Assembly (NCBI GenBank): GCA_051294375.1
Contig: JBJCIZ010000183.1
Location: 1-29,566 of the forward strand
Source of the DNA: Paraspadella gotoi
Lineage: Eukaryota; Animalia; Chaetognatha
Length of the DNA stretch: 29,566 bases
Direction: 5' to 3'
Numbering within the stretch: the stretch's first letter is position 1; every line of letters begins with the position of its first letter. The notes beneath the pieces were generated by a model. It did no database searches and had not been told where the DNA came from. It saw nothing but the letters and a program-made list of their open reading frames with translations. Position numbers and translations under genes: made by a program. Below, in pieces: positions 1 through 10,576 of the stretch.

Positions 1-574
1 ACTATTGATTAAAATGAAAAAATAGTTAAATTTATAAAAAAGAAGACGAGCTTTTTAGCTCCCAGAAAGAGATAAAACAGCCTTCGAGAAAGGCTTTGAG
101 CGCCATCGTCAAAAAACACAAAAAAGGCCTATCCTTTCAGGCGCGGGGGCCTGTTAACTATTTAGAGTAAATCCCCGAAAAAGAGCCAAGGCGGGCTCAC
201 GCTCTAATTGAGTCTTAATATACAAAAAATGTATAAAAAAGAAAAAAGTTAATATATAAAAAAATTAACGCGATTTTATTTTTAAATTAAAACCCCTATA
301 AAAACGCTCGGATAAAAAATTTTAAAAACTCTAAATAATTAAAAATACATTCAACGCTCAAAAGCGTTCCTGAGACATGACAAAAACCATTTCCTCTTTA
401 CTGGCGACCGGGCCATCGCTCTGAAAATAAAGAAAATAAAGAACCCGTCCAACAAAAAACAAATAACAGAAAAAACAAATACTAACTATAAATCGTTGTT
501 CGTTTCTCGGACCCTGTACTAAAAAACAGAAAAAGAAAAAGAATCCACGCTACTCGAAAAACTTTAAAATAAAA

Positions 575-800
575 AATCTGGTCGTAGAGACGAACGCAGA
601 TTGTGGTAAATTCCTGGCCGCGGTTACGGACACAGGATAAAAAAAATATATACCTGGCCGCGGTTACGGATGCAGGTCTTCGGGACGGCACCCGGAAAGC
701 GAAAAAATATAAATATTTTGTCTGGCCGTAGTATGGACGCAGACGAAAAAATTTATAAAAAATATGAAACATATTGTCTGGCCATAAAACAGACGCAGAC
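575..800. repeat. Array of five ~25-28 nt imperfect hairpins, consensus CTG-G-YCRY-N3/4-AYRR-AYR-CAG, separated mostly by A/T-rich spacers
   Basis: Copies at 575-602, 612-637, 652-677, 720-744 and 776-800. CTG-to-CAG spacing is constant at 15-16 nt. The outer stems differ in sequence but stay complementary (AATCTG/CAGATT, TCCTG/CAGGA, ACCTG/CAGGT, GTCTG/CAGAC twice). Confidence 0.75.
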
Positions 801-1190
801 GCAAATTTAAAAAAAAATCTATAATTAGGAGAGTCTAACTATAAAAACCATTTGTCGAAACATTGTCAGATGAAATTCCCAGAGAGAACCACTGACCCAG
901 ATGACGAACGACGAACCAAACCAAATCCGTTGAGTTCTGTTAAAATAAAAAATAAAACAGTTAAGAAATAAACAATAATAATGTATATACAGATTGCGGA
1001 AAAATGCAGATTAAAAATAAGCCTAGGTAATTTATAATCAAAGGTACATTTTTGCGACTTTATCTTATCATAAGCACATGTAATAATTGTTTAGGATACC
1101 CGACTGGGAAAAACCCGCAGACCAACACAATGCACGCAATATTACTTATTTTACTGTACCAAATAAAGTAAGTAAATCACGTGACATTCA

Positions 1191-1349
1191 CTACCCATAT
1201 TTAAATAGCTCAGCAGTTTTAACAGGGGAGGGAGCTTTCATACACCCCAAACCTTTAAACAATGATTCGATGTGCTGTAATAAGATTTTAGCCCCCGTAT
1301 CTCCAGAAGGGAGGGTAGGGCTGTATACTAAACCGTCCCGGCAAATAAT
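1191..1349 (-). CDS. Putative terminal coding exon (52 aa, IICRDGLVYSPTLPSG...ELFKYG*) of the 1418-2527 ORF
   Basis: T-tract acceptor (ttttttttag) ends at 1350. The frame is open in phase 0 to TAG at 1191-1193, and a phase-0 donor AGG|GTAAGG sits at 1541/1540 inside the upstream ORF. Confidence 0.3.
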   Translation of the reverse strand: MICRDGLVYSPTLPSGDTGAKILLQHIESLFKGLGCMKAPSPVKTAELFKYG

Positions 1350-1417
1350 CTAAAAAAAAAATAAATAAAACTGAAAATATCTCCCTGCTGGGACTCCACG
1401 GACACCAAGGCTGCACA

Positions 1418-2527
1418 CTATATACACAGAGAGAGCAAGCGGGCAGTTGGGATAGCACCGCCACTCTCTCTCGCTGCCGCCGGACTCCCGGTCGCGCCTG
1501 CCCTCACGACCTTTCGCCCGACCCCGGGAAGAGCCCTTACCCTTCTGCGACGAGACGGCTGACTGAAAAAGCCGACGAACGTCACTGAAGCTGCTTTATC
1601 CCGCCGCTGCCAACGCTTGAGCTCACGAAGCCGATCATTCCTTTTCTTCTGCCTCGTCCGTCGATCGGCCGCTGCCGGCTGAGCCGAACTGGAGGCCCGC
1701 TGGGAAGGAGCGGGTTGACTCCGCTGACCACGATGCAGAGCAGACGCTGCTAAGACAGGTGCCGGAATATGATTCAAGGTCCCGCGCGATATCGCCCTCA
1801 TGTGCAAACGATCACTCAGGTCACCGGCGACCAACTTGGGCTGCCAGGCTCCCCGCGCTGACGACAACTGCGTGGTCGAGTAATCATAGGACGGGGCCAA
1901 TGGCCTCGCCGCCCTCGTTGCATTGGTTCGGGAACCCAGACCTTTATCTTCTGCAGGTCGAGCTCCCACAGCACAACCTGAAACGGTCACCCTTGTTTTG
2001 CACTGGGAAGGCGCGAGGTTTGCACCGTCTTCAGAAGAAGAGGACGGCTCTCGGCATCGTTGTCGTCCCTTGCAGGCTGGCGGCGCAATCGAAGAGCCCT
2101 GCGGGTCGGACTCGAGGTCAGTCGTGGATTCAAAATCACGCACCAACGTGGCTCTCGATTGAGACGAGAGATCCAAGTTGATGGGCAAATTTGTCCCGTC
2201 CCACCGAAGTGGTACCTCTACTGAGTTACAGGACTTAAACATGCCCGACACCCGGAGTGCGTTCAAGAACCTGTCCATTTCGGGCGGGGCCCGGAAGAAG
2301 AACAGGTCCCTGTCCCTCCGAAACTTCCCCAACACTTTCCGGAGCCCCTTCACGTCAAGGTCCACCGGGATTTCCGCTTGTAAATTTCCGTCGACGGAGT
2401 GACCGACGACAAGGCGTTTAAAGCGTCCATCACTGAGCGGGACGGCGTGAAAGATGAGGACGGTTCCCGCCCTCGGCACCGGAATGTGCCACCCAGACGA
2501 CACCTGCGCACTGGTGGAAGCCTGCAT
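1418..2527 (-). CDS. Hypothetical 369-aa protein: globular-looking N-terminal ~125 aa, Ser/Ala/Pro-rich linker, Arg/Lys-rich segment
   Basis: Uninterrupted 1110-bp ORF that coincides with a GC-rich island in AT-rich DNA. The ATG is preceded by two splice-acceptor candidates (AG at 2547-2546 and 2565-2564). Basic motif RRTRQKKRNDRLRELKRWQRRDK. No family recognised. Confidence 0.55.
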   Translation of the reverse strand: MQASTSAQVSSGWHIPVPRAGTVLIFHAVPLSDGRFKRLVVGHSVDGNLQAEIPVDLDVKGLRKVLGKFRRDRDLFFFRAPPEMDRFLNALRVSGMFKSCNSVEVPLRWDGTNLPINLDLSSQSRATLVRDFESTTDLESDPQGSSIAPPACKGRQRCREPSSSSEDGANLAPSQCKTRVTVSGCAVGARPAEDKGLGSRTNATRAARPLAPSYDYSTTQLSSARGAWQPKLVAGDLSDRLHMRAISRGTLNHIPAPVLAASALHRGQRSQPAPSQRASSSAQPAAADRRTRQKKRNDRLRELKRWQRRDKAASVTFVGFFSQPSRRRRVRALPGVGRKVVRAGATGSPAAARESGGAIPTARLLSLCI

Positions 2528-3196
2528 ATTGAAGCTTTGAATATTCTAAATAAAGTTTCGTTCCTGGAGAAAAAAGGGAGAAAAACAAAGATGAGGCAAC
2601 AAACCCGCAACGCCAGTATTGAAAACCCAGAAAATACAGTGAGGCAATAAAAAATATTTTTTTCTTTTTTCAAAAAAAATAAACAAAGTCGTGAACTCCA
2701 AAAATGAACAGGCCCGTGATGACATACGATAAAAACCAAATAAACAAATAAAAACGGAATAAACGATTATGACTGTACGCTAAAATCCCAATTTGAACTT
2801 ACTGTAAAATGTGAAATTCGTACATAAATAATTAATCGAATTCGAATAATTTAAAATTTTCATTTTTACCGTCAAAATCTGTAGAAAAAATTTTCAAGTA
2901 GGGATCGCACTTACGAAAATCAAAAATAAATAAATTAACTTTTTTTAAAAACCCTACTTCCAAGCACTTAAAATAGTAAAATAAATTCTTAAAATAATGT
3001 ACTAACCAAAACAAAACAGTTTCTGAAGAAAACATTGTCTTAAACAGTAAAAATAAAAAATCAAAAAATTCAAATCTGAAAAACATTTAATCTGAATTTC
3101 TGATTAGGTGCATTCCCTATAGGGTAAATTCGGCCGAAGCGAAATCAAAGCAAATTTGGGGAAAAACGAATTCTCGTTTTTCGGCCAAAGTCTCTG

Positions 3197-4330
3197 TCAA
3201 ATAATTTTGGTTATGCATTCGGATATTTTTCCATTTGTGGTCCGCACGAACGCGCTTTGCACGTGCGTGTCGTCGCCATGCACCCTTTCTATAATGCCAA
3301 GCCTCCACGCACTCCTGGCCTTGGTTTCGTCATCAAGTAGAACGAGCTGGCCTTACCTTGAGATCCGGAAGCGTCGTTTGCCAAGTTCGCGCGTTGGAGA
3401 ACTAGGTAAATAGTCGCGGAGAAAGCGACGCTCGAATTGAAGAAAAATCCCACGCTTGCTTATACTCCAAACGCAATGAATCGCCGGAAGACGGAGCCGG
3501 TGGTAAGACACGGCGTCGTTCCGATCGCGAATCCCCGGATATATATGTTCTGGCGTAAAGGTAAGGTCTTTAGCATCGCTGCTTAATCGCGTTAAAGGTC
3601 GCCGGTTGATTTTTCCCTCGGCGCGGTGATGACGGTGCGAAACGTCTCCATCAAAGCGCCGGTCACCAAGTAAGAGATAAAGATGCCGCTTTGCTACGTG
3701 AACCGACCTTTCCCAGACGCCACCATAATGCGGCGTGAGAGGCGGAACGAAGTCCCAGTCGAAGCCAAGAAAATGGAATTTTTTATCATGATCGTTCCGG
3801 TTCCACTCCTTAATAGCATCGCGCAGAGCTTTGTCGGCACCTTTGAAATTTGTTGCGTTATCACTGTAGAGATGCCGTATGCCCGGCCTCCGTTCCTTCG
3901 CGCATTGAAGGCAATTGATGAAGGAAGAGGTCAAGAGAGAAAAATGACTCCTCAAGATGAACAGCGTGAGAGTAGAGACAGATAAAAAGCGCCACCAAGT
4001 GCTTATGTCGAGCTCGTCTGATTTTTATGTTGAAGGGCCCAAGCGCATTGACGTTGACATTCCCGAATGGTGGCTCGGGGGCCGTCCTGTAGATCTGAAG
4101 AGGCGCCATTTTCTGTTGTTCCGGTAGCTTGAGGCTTTTTTGGCAGTAGATGCATTTTGTAAGGACTCGACGGACAGCTTGACGTGCCCGGAGGATCCAA
4201 TACTTGCGCCGAATCTTGCTGCAGGTTTGCTCAATCCCGGCATGACCCTCAGTACATCTCGGATAAGGGCGCGAACTAAATCGTCGTCTGTAGGCAAAAT
4301 GATTGGATGTTTTTCCTTGAAGGAAAGCAT
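3197..4330 (-). pseudogene. BEL/Pao integrase (frameshifted)
   Basis: EKHPIILP; GHAG...YWILRAR...KCIYC zinc-binding part; ALGPF; HLYSDNATNFKGA; PPLTPHYGGVWERSV; INRRPLT; C-terminal VRTTNGK...ITKII* (DUF5641-like) ending at TGA 3197-3199. Confidence 0.9.
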
Positions 4331-4475
4331 CGCCGCATTACCAAGTCAGCCGCCGACGCGCATCTTTCCCCCGCAGTCGACAAAATGAGACAACTTACGA
4401 AGCGGCGAATTTTTGAATTTCAATTCCTTTCAAAGTTGAGGAGCATTGACCGAATTTTCATGTAGAAATTCCATC

Positions 4476-5520
4476 TCAGAGCCGAAATATTTGATTTGAA
4501 TTTGGCGAATGAGGCGATTTGCCATTGCCGTTGCCGTTGCGTTGAAGGCCTTTCCAAAACACAAAGGTTTCCAACACGTGCAAAGCAAAGACGGTTTTTC
4601 TTGACGCTGCCGACCAAGACAAAAACTTGGCGGCGTAGTCGAGCATCCACGAATCAGCGGAAAAACGTGCGGTGAAAACAGGAAAAGCGGCGAGGGCATC
4701 CACTACCACTTTTTTCTTGATGATCGCTCCTGGAAGATCTTCAGACTTCGCGGATATCAAACATGCTTGATCCGGCCAAGTTGATTCCGGGTTCCAAAGA
4801 AATTCTGGCCCGCGATAGAACTTTTTCCACTCTTCCATTTTTCCGGTAGATAAACCCCGACTCGCAATATCTGCCAAGTTACTGGCAGTCGGGACCTCGG
4901 AAATTTCACGTTTGAAAAACAGGATGAAACGTGACTTTTCGTCCCGGATTTGCTTGATGACGTTATGCAAATCTGTCTAGAAACAACTCTCGAATATGGC
5001 TCATGAACTTGTACCAATACTGATAAATGAAGTTTGGCGGCGAGTTTCACGGCGGTAAGTCCCAGCCGCGGAATTGACTCATGGTGAGAACACTTACTCA
5101 AAGAAAGAGGCACAACGCGCGATTTTCCAAAGAAATAAGCAACGTAAGTCTCTGATGGAACCTCGACGCGACGATACATGACGACACCGTAGCCCAACTT
5201 CAAGGCATCGCAGAAGATGTGCATCTTGGGCGCCGCATTTGTAGTAGTCTTTGTCCCGATCCAGCGAGGAATCTCGATGGAAGTAAGTTTCACTACCTCT
5301 TGCCGCCACTTGTTAATTTAGACAAATATCTCCTTTTAAACTGGATCATCCCACGGAGTTTTTTCTTTTGTAGCCCACTAAAAAATCTCTCTTCCGCATA
5401 GGATGAAGGGTGCCACGAACCCCATTGGATCAAAGAGAGAGCTGGTGAGTGAGAGCATTTGTCGTCGTGTTTGGACTTCTGTATCCACCTTCTTCTTGTT
5501 CGTATTGAACGAGAAAATCA
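4476..5520 (-). pseudogene. BEL/Pao RNase H region (frameshifted)
   Basis: SSLFDPMGFVAPFIL; IPRW; MHIFCDA..GYGVVMYRR; GKSRVVPL; SIPRL; PTASNLADIASRG; W...GPEFLW. Confidence 0.88.
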
Positions 5521-6967
5521 TCCTGCAACGCCTCTTTATGCGATGACCGCCAGCACACGCCTCCACGCTTCATCGCTTCCGTGATGCCGATCTGGAGGTT
5601 TCGGGCAGCCTCGACGGTCGGCGCCAAAAGCAACAAGTCCACGTAGAAATCGTTGATGAAGGCGTCAGCGACTTCCGGTGGGAAACCGTTCCATAAAGGG
5701 TACGGCCGTGATGCTGAACACGTAGCTGGCGCACGTAGGCGACGACTTTGCGCCGAAAACGTGGACGATCATCTCCCATAGAACGAGACTTTCCATTGTT
5801 TCGTCTTCAAACCACCAGAAGCGAAACACATGGCGATCTTTTTCGTCGACGAAGCACTGATGAAAGAATCCGCGCACGTCGGAGTCGAGGGAGATTTCGT
5901 GACGGCGAAAGCGGAAAAGGACGCCAAAGAATTTTCATTAGGTCGGGCCCGGTGAGAAGCTGATCGTTGAGGCTTGATCCGTCGCAAGACGCCTTGGCGT
6001 CATGGCAGACGCGATATTTTCCTGGCTTGTCAGCTCTCGTTGCGATATGAGTGGGCAAGCACCAAATTGGTTCTCCGTCCGGGACTGCTGGATCATCTAT
6101 TCGAATCGCATGACCTTCGTCGATGATTTCCTTGAACTGCTTAAAGACTCCTTCTTTGCGAGGCGGCTCTCGCCGCATCCTTGCCCGGGCTTTCAGGAGC
6201 CGATTCATGGCCATCTCAGACGAATTACATTTGTTCAGAATCTCCGCAGCCTTTTCCCGGCCTTCCTTCCAAGGAAGCCCAACCTTCCAATGTCCGACAG
6301 TCTCGTCGAACTGTATCGTCGACCGAAGCTGCTCCATGGCGAAGTCGTCTTGCACGCTAGATTGAGGCTTCGCCGATGGCGCCGGCGGAAAATCCGCTTC
6401 AAAAAGACGCTGAATTTCGCGGCTGAGCTGCTCGTCGTCAACTTTGATACGGTGACAGGTCACTTGATGGATTCCGGCGGAGCTCGACGACCCTTGGCCG
6501 CGTGGGCCGCCGATGGTCCATCCCCATTCGGTTTTAAACGCAATGGGAGCATCCTTACTTCCACGGCGAATCTCTCCGGTCTCCCAAGTCCAGGTATATT
6601 CGGCTGAAAAGAATAAAGCCAATCTCTTTGGAGCCGAAATCTCTACATCCGCATAATGAGAAAAGGAAGAAATCTCCTCCTGAGTCGGTGGAGTGTCGTC
6701 TTCCGAAGACAGGATGTTGACAGCAAGGACATCCTCCAAGTCAAATTCCAATGCGCCATCAACTGAAGAGATCTTCATTTTTTTTACCATTGGCCTAGGG
6801 AGTGTAGACTCAGAGCCGAGAGTGGTTAATTTTAAATTTACATGACTAAGCGGCAGTTTCAATCGCTTTGCGAGTTGGACGTTGATGACGCACTTATTAC
6901 TCCTGCTGTCCAAAAGCGCGTAGGTTGTATATCGTCGTTGACCAATGACGATCACGATTGGCACCAC
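5521..6967 (-). pseudogene. BEL/Pao protease and reverse transcriptase (frameshifted)
   Basis: YALLDSRS (degenerate DSGS); AFKTEWGWTIGG; GHWKVGLPWK; KPGKYRVCHDA; SLNDQLLTGPDL; RGFFHQ; DRHVFRFWW; HVFGAKSSP; FYVD(L)LL at 5634-5645. Confidence 0.9.
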
Positions 6968-7156
6968 TGGGTGGTAAATGTGCCCCCGCTTGGCGGCTAT
7001 GTGGTATAGTCACGCAGTCTTTTTACTCGCCATCGATCCCGTTGTATCGGAGGCGGCAGCAAACTTTTATGCATTTCTGCCGCTGCTCGTCGTTGTCGAT
7101 TTTGCAGGCGTAGCTTTCATAACTCCCGCGCCTCCGACGGTGGTCGGTCCATCAAC

Positions 7157-7348
7157 ATGAAGGAGCGGATGATGATTTTTGCTACAAAAGCATCACTCTT
7201 TTGTAGGGCAGTTCTCGACAAGATGACCGCTTCCTATGCAGTTGAAGCAGCGGGCTTGAGAGGCGACGAATTTGCGGCGACTAGCGGGCTTCAATCGCTG
7301 AAACTTGTCACAGCTTTGGAAATAGTGACGTCCCTGACAATGTGGGCA
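7157..7348 (-). pseudogene. BEL/Pao Gag triple Cys-His (zinc knuckle) region
   Basis: Manual translation gives CPHCQGRHYFQSC...CFNCIGSGHLVENC PTKE* CFCSKNHHPLLH, the three-box pattern typical of BEL/Pao, with one in-frame TGA. Confidence 0.88.
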
Positions 7349-10300
7349 AGGCACAAAAGTTTTAGGTCCCGCGCAGTCGACGACGACGTCGGCTTTGATG
7401 CCGACGCTCCCGCTGGTGCGGGGGTAGAAGCGGCGGAGATCGAAGCTTTCTTTCTTCTCGATGTCTTCTCCACATTGGCGACGTTGATTTTCGCCATTGC
7501 CTTCATCTTCTCTGTCGTCGCAGGCATCTTCGCTGACTTCGACGGCAGTCTAAAATCAAGAACCTCTTGGTTATGGCTAGAAAGACAAAAAATCACTAAA
7601 GGAAAGATCATCATCCAATGGTGATATCGGTATAACCACTTTTTTAGCCCACTTATCTGATAAATGTGGCATCCGCTTGAGAGTAGATCCGCCATGACGG
7701 CCGCACGATCGAGATCCCAAGCTGCCGTCTCTCCTTCGCGAGGTCGTACACCTGCTGCAAGTTATAACAAACTATGATGACCTGCGATCCTTCGATCGAG
7801 CTTCGGACCGCCGAGGATCTGCTCAATCATCTCATCTGCCGTCGTCCGCTTCATCCCCATTTTCTTCTTGAGGACGATGAGGGCGTCGCAAGAGCGAGCG
7901 GTCGCGTGGTCTGCGTAAGAAAACGTTCAATCGATCGCTTGGGAAGACCTCGAACCAATGGGGAAGCTCCTTCAACTTCATCGGATCGTCGCGCGTCCAA
8001 CGCACAGACGCTGATTTGATAATCTCAAAGTTGAGCTCGAAATCCAAACGTGATGTATTTTCTCCACTTTGTTTTTGGGCGCTGCTCTGGAGCAATTGAA
8101 AGGCAGAGTCTGGCTTGAATTCCTAAAAAGCCCTCGCCATCGCAGCGAAGCGGTGAAGGCTGCTCAGACGGCCCGGATTGGAGGACGGCGCCGTTGGATG
8201 CCTTGAGAGAAGCGCTTGTGAGCTGATGGAACGGCGTCCTTCTCTGGGGACAAATACGGCGCCTCGGCGTTCATCGCCGCAGCGGTAGGGGCTGGCCAGT
8301 ACAGAGACGGAGGGAAGGGGAAGGAACGACTTCCCCGCTTCCTTCCGCCTGCGACGCAATCCTTCTTGAAAAGGTCCCTAATTCTCGCAAGAAACTCCAT
8401 AGTCACTTTGGATTTCTCGGCGGATTGGCGGCGGCGGAGCGTCATCGGACACGCTCCCACGCCACCGCCTCCTCGCCTCTATTCCTTTGTCCGGAGTTGG
8501 ACGCTCGCTCTGAACGACGCTACTTAGCGCCGGCTTCATTAGGCGTTGGGACTCAGATTGAATCTTCACGTCGTAAGCCGGTGGAGGAGTTTCATTTTTC
8601 AGGCCGTCTACAAGTGTTGGAGAGAGGGCTCGATTGCGGGGATTGTCGCTTAGCCATATCTCTCTGTTCTTCTCTCTTTTCTTTCCCTCTCGTCCTTAAG
8701 CCGATCGCGGCGGCTACGTTACGTATATCGCTTCCGTGCGTCACGCATCGCTCTCAGTTTTCCGATGCTCCACGAAAGAGTCGAAAAAAATTGCACAAAA
8801 TCCGGGCACTCTCTCACGCCGACAAGAGACTCAAATCGGCTACCGAGCCTCCGTGGTTGATCTCGTTGGGCGGCTTCATGTCGAAGATAGACTTGCCTCG
8901 TCGTTCCTACGAGAAACCAGCAGTCTCAGGGGCAGCCAACCCTCCCCAAAGCGTGGGCGCACTCCCGAGACGCAGACAGTTTTTCGCGGGTCGATCGATA
9001 GGGCGGGATGATATTATTTCTCTTGGCGCAATTATCCGTCGAACTACTTGGATGTTGGACGGATATAAAACGGACGGCGTTCGACGTCTCTTCTGGAGAC
9101 GGTGGAGGGGGCGAGAACGGCGGGATGGACGCCACGCCCTCGTCGGGACGTTTGCAGCCGGAGAATGGTTCCCTTTAGAGGGAATTTCCGCAACTCAGGC
9201 ATCGTCGTCATCCTTGTTGCAACGGAGCCGGGACGTCCTGTCGAAGCGATGCTTTCACCGATGAGGCTGCGTCGACACGAGTTAGCCCGCGAATTGAGAA
9301 AGGGCGCTGCCCAAGAATATTGTGGAGGCGGTTGAGGAAGCCCAACAGAACTTCCATCGCCTGTCTTCCATCCTCCTGAAATGCGCGGATTCTTTCGTAG
9401 ACTGCAGGACTACGTGTCTTTCGCGTTGGCGACGCATGTTTTCTTGCCGAGTGGTTTTGGCGCGATCGTACGATATCAGCCTCGACCACTCATCGAGTGG
9501 AGTTACAAGGAAGATGTTGCATTCCTGAGGGTGGCTCGCAGGGACTGAAGCCATGTCCGCTTTGAAGAAGGGTTAGTCCAGATATCTCATAGAAATTTTG
9601 GGAGAGGGGATACTGTCGGGCGTCGCGAAGTTATTGATATTTTTCTCGTTCTCGCACTAGCGCAAATCTAAATTCGTCTTACAAACAGCAACGAAGTCCA
9701 CAAAAACGCCGAAAGGGGAATTTCCGATCAAAGAATTTCGGCACTCGAGCTCCCACGACGCAAATTAATCTCTGGCCGCTTATTTCCACGCGATCCTATT
9801 CACTGCCGCAGGTGACCAAACGCGGCGTGAAATGTTGGAAAGCTTCGCGAAGTCTTAGCAGCCAAAGAGCAAAGATTGTAGAAATAAAACAATCGAAACC
9901 AAACTTCAATCTCACTGCTATTTCGAGAAGGAGCGGCGATGCACAGTCCTCGACTTCCAAAATTACGCCCGACGGCATTGTCGCTAGTTCGAGGATCCCT
10001 AATCGCAATAAAAGCAGAGCCGAAGGCGCCGCCGGATCCTTACTCCGTCGAAAGTTTTGCAAGTTCTTTTGTATGGAACGTCATTCGCTCGACACCAGAG
10101 GCCGACGAGGCGGGACTTCTTCTCAACGGTCCGCAGAAACCGTTGAGGCTTAGAGAATCTTCGACGAAAGCTTAAGAAAGACGATCCGCAAACAAAAGAC
10201 TTCTAATGTATTGAACTAAGTTCGTAGAGGTGGCTGTCGTTGACAACTAACTCTGAGCTAATCCTGCGCTATCAAAACAAGAGGAATTCCGAGTAAGAAG

Positions 10301-10572
10301 GCGCGGACGAGACGATGGCGCCGGTCTTGACGCTCTTGGAGAAGAATCTGACGACAAAGTCTAAGCCCAGTACTTCTAGTTGAAGTTGATGAGAGGGAGT
10401 TAGAAGTGCTGGGCAAGGAATAACAAAACATTTAATACACACTCAGCAAATATATATAAAGTTTAAAGAATCTTTCTTACTTGTTTCTGAAGCCAAATTT
10501 GAAGAAACGGTTGCCTCTATCACAAGGAAAGTCCACCAATCCAGCGATCACTAGTTTCTTTATAAAAAGAAG

Positions 10573-10576
10573 TTTC
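10573..10576. other. Target-site duplication TTTC (left copy; right copy at 15184-15187)
   Basis: TTTC immediately precedes the LTR at 10577 and immediately follows the LTR ending at 15183. Confidence 0.88.

Larger units (their letters stand above)
3197..10576 (-). mobile_element. Decayed BEL/Pao LTR retrotransposon (gag-PR-RT-RNase H-IN), LTRs not identified
   Basis: BEL/Pao-diagnostic motifs occur in the canonical order on the minus strand, broken by many frameshifts and stops. The 5' boundary is uncertain: coding-like GC-rich sequence runs to about 9550 and a putative 5' untranslated region to the Gypsy insertion site. Confidence 0.9.

Noticed and set aside
482-772. Phe-rich short ORFs (also 2350-2739, 2832-3086, 27670-27999)
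   Set aside because: These are translations of T-rich or (CT)n non-coding tracts.
575-800. CRISPR array interpretation of the spaced palindromic repeats
   Set aside because: Repeats are too divergent, spacers are unequal (9-42 nt) and mostly low-complexity, there are no cas genes, and the context is eukaryotic.
1418-2527. env gene of the BEL/Pao element
   Set aside because: The position fits, but there is no signal peptide, transmembrane helix or Cys-rich ectodomain pattern.
8425-9264. 279-aa plus-strand ORF and other plus-strand ORFs over the BEL element
   Set aside because: Antisense shadow frames in GC-rich retroelement sequence, with no recognisable motifs.
10200-10576. 5' LTR and PBS of the BEL element
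   Set aside because: No matching second copy in the window. Candidate minus-strand TGG motifs (near 10538 and 15213) do not follow a clear LTR end or match a tRNA 3' end I can name.
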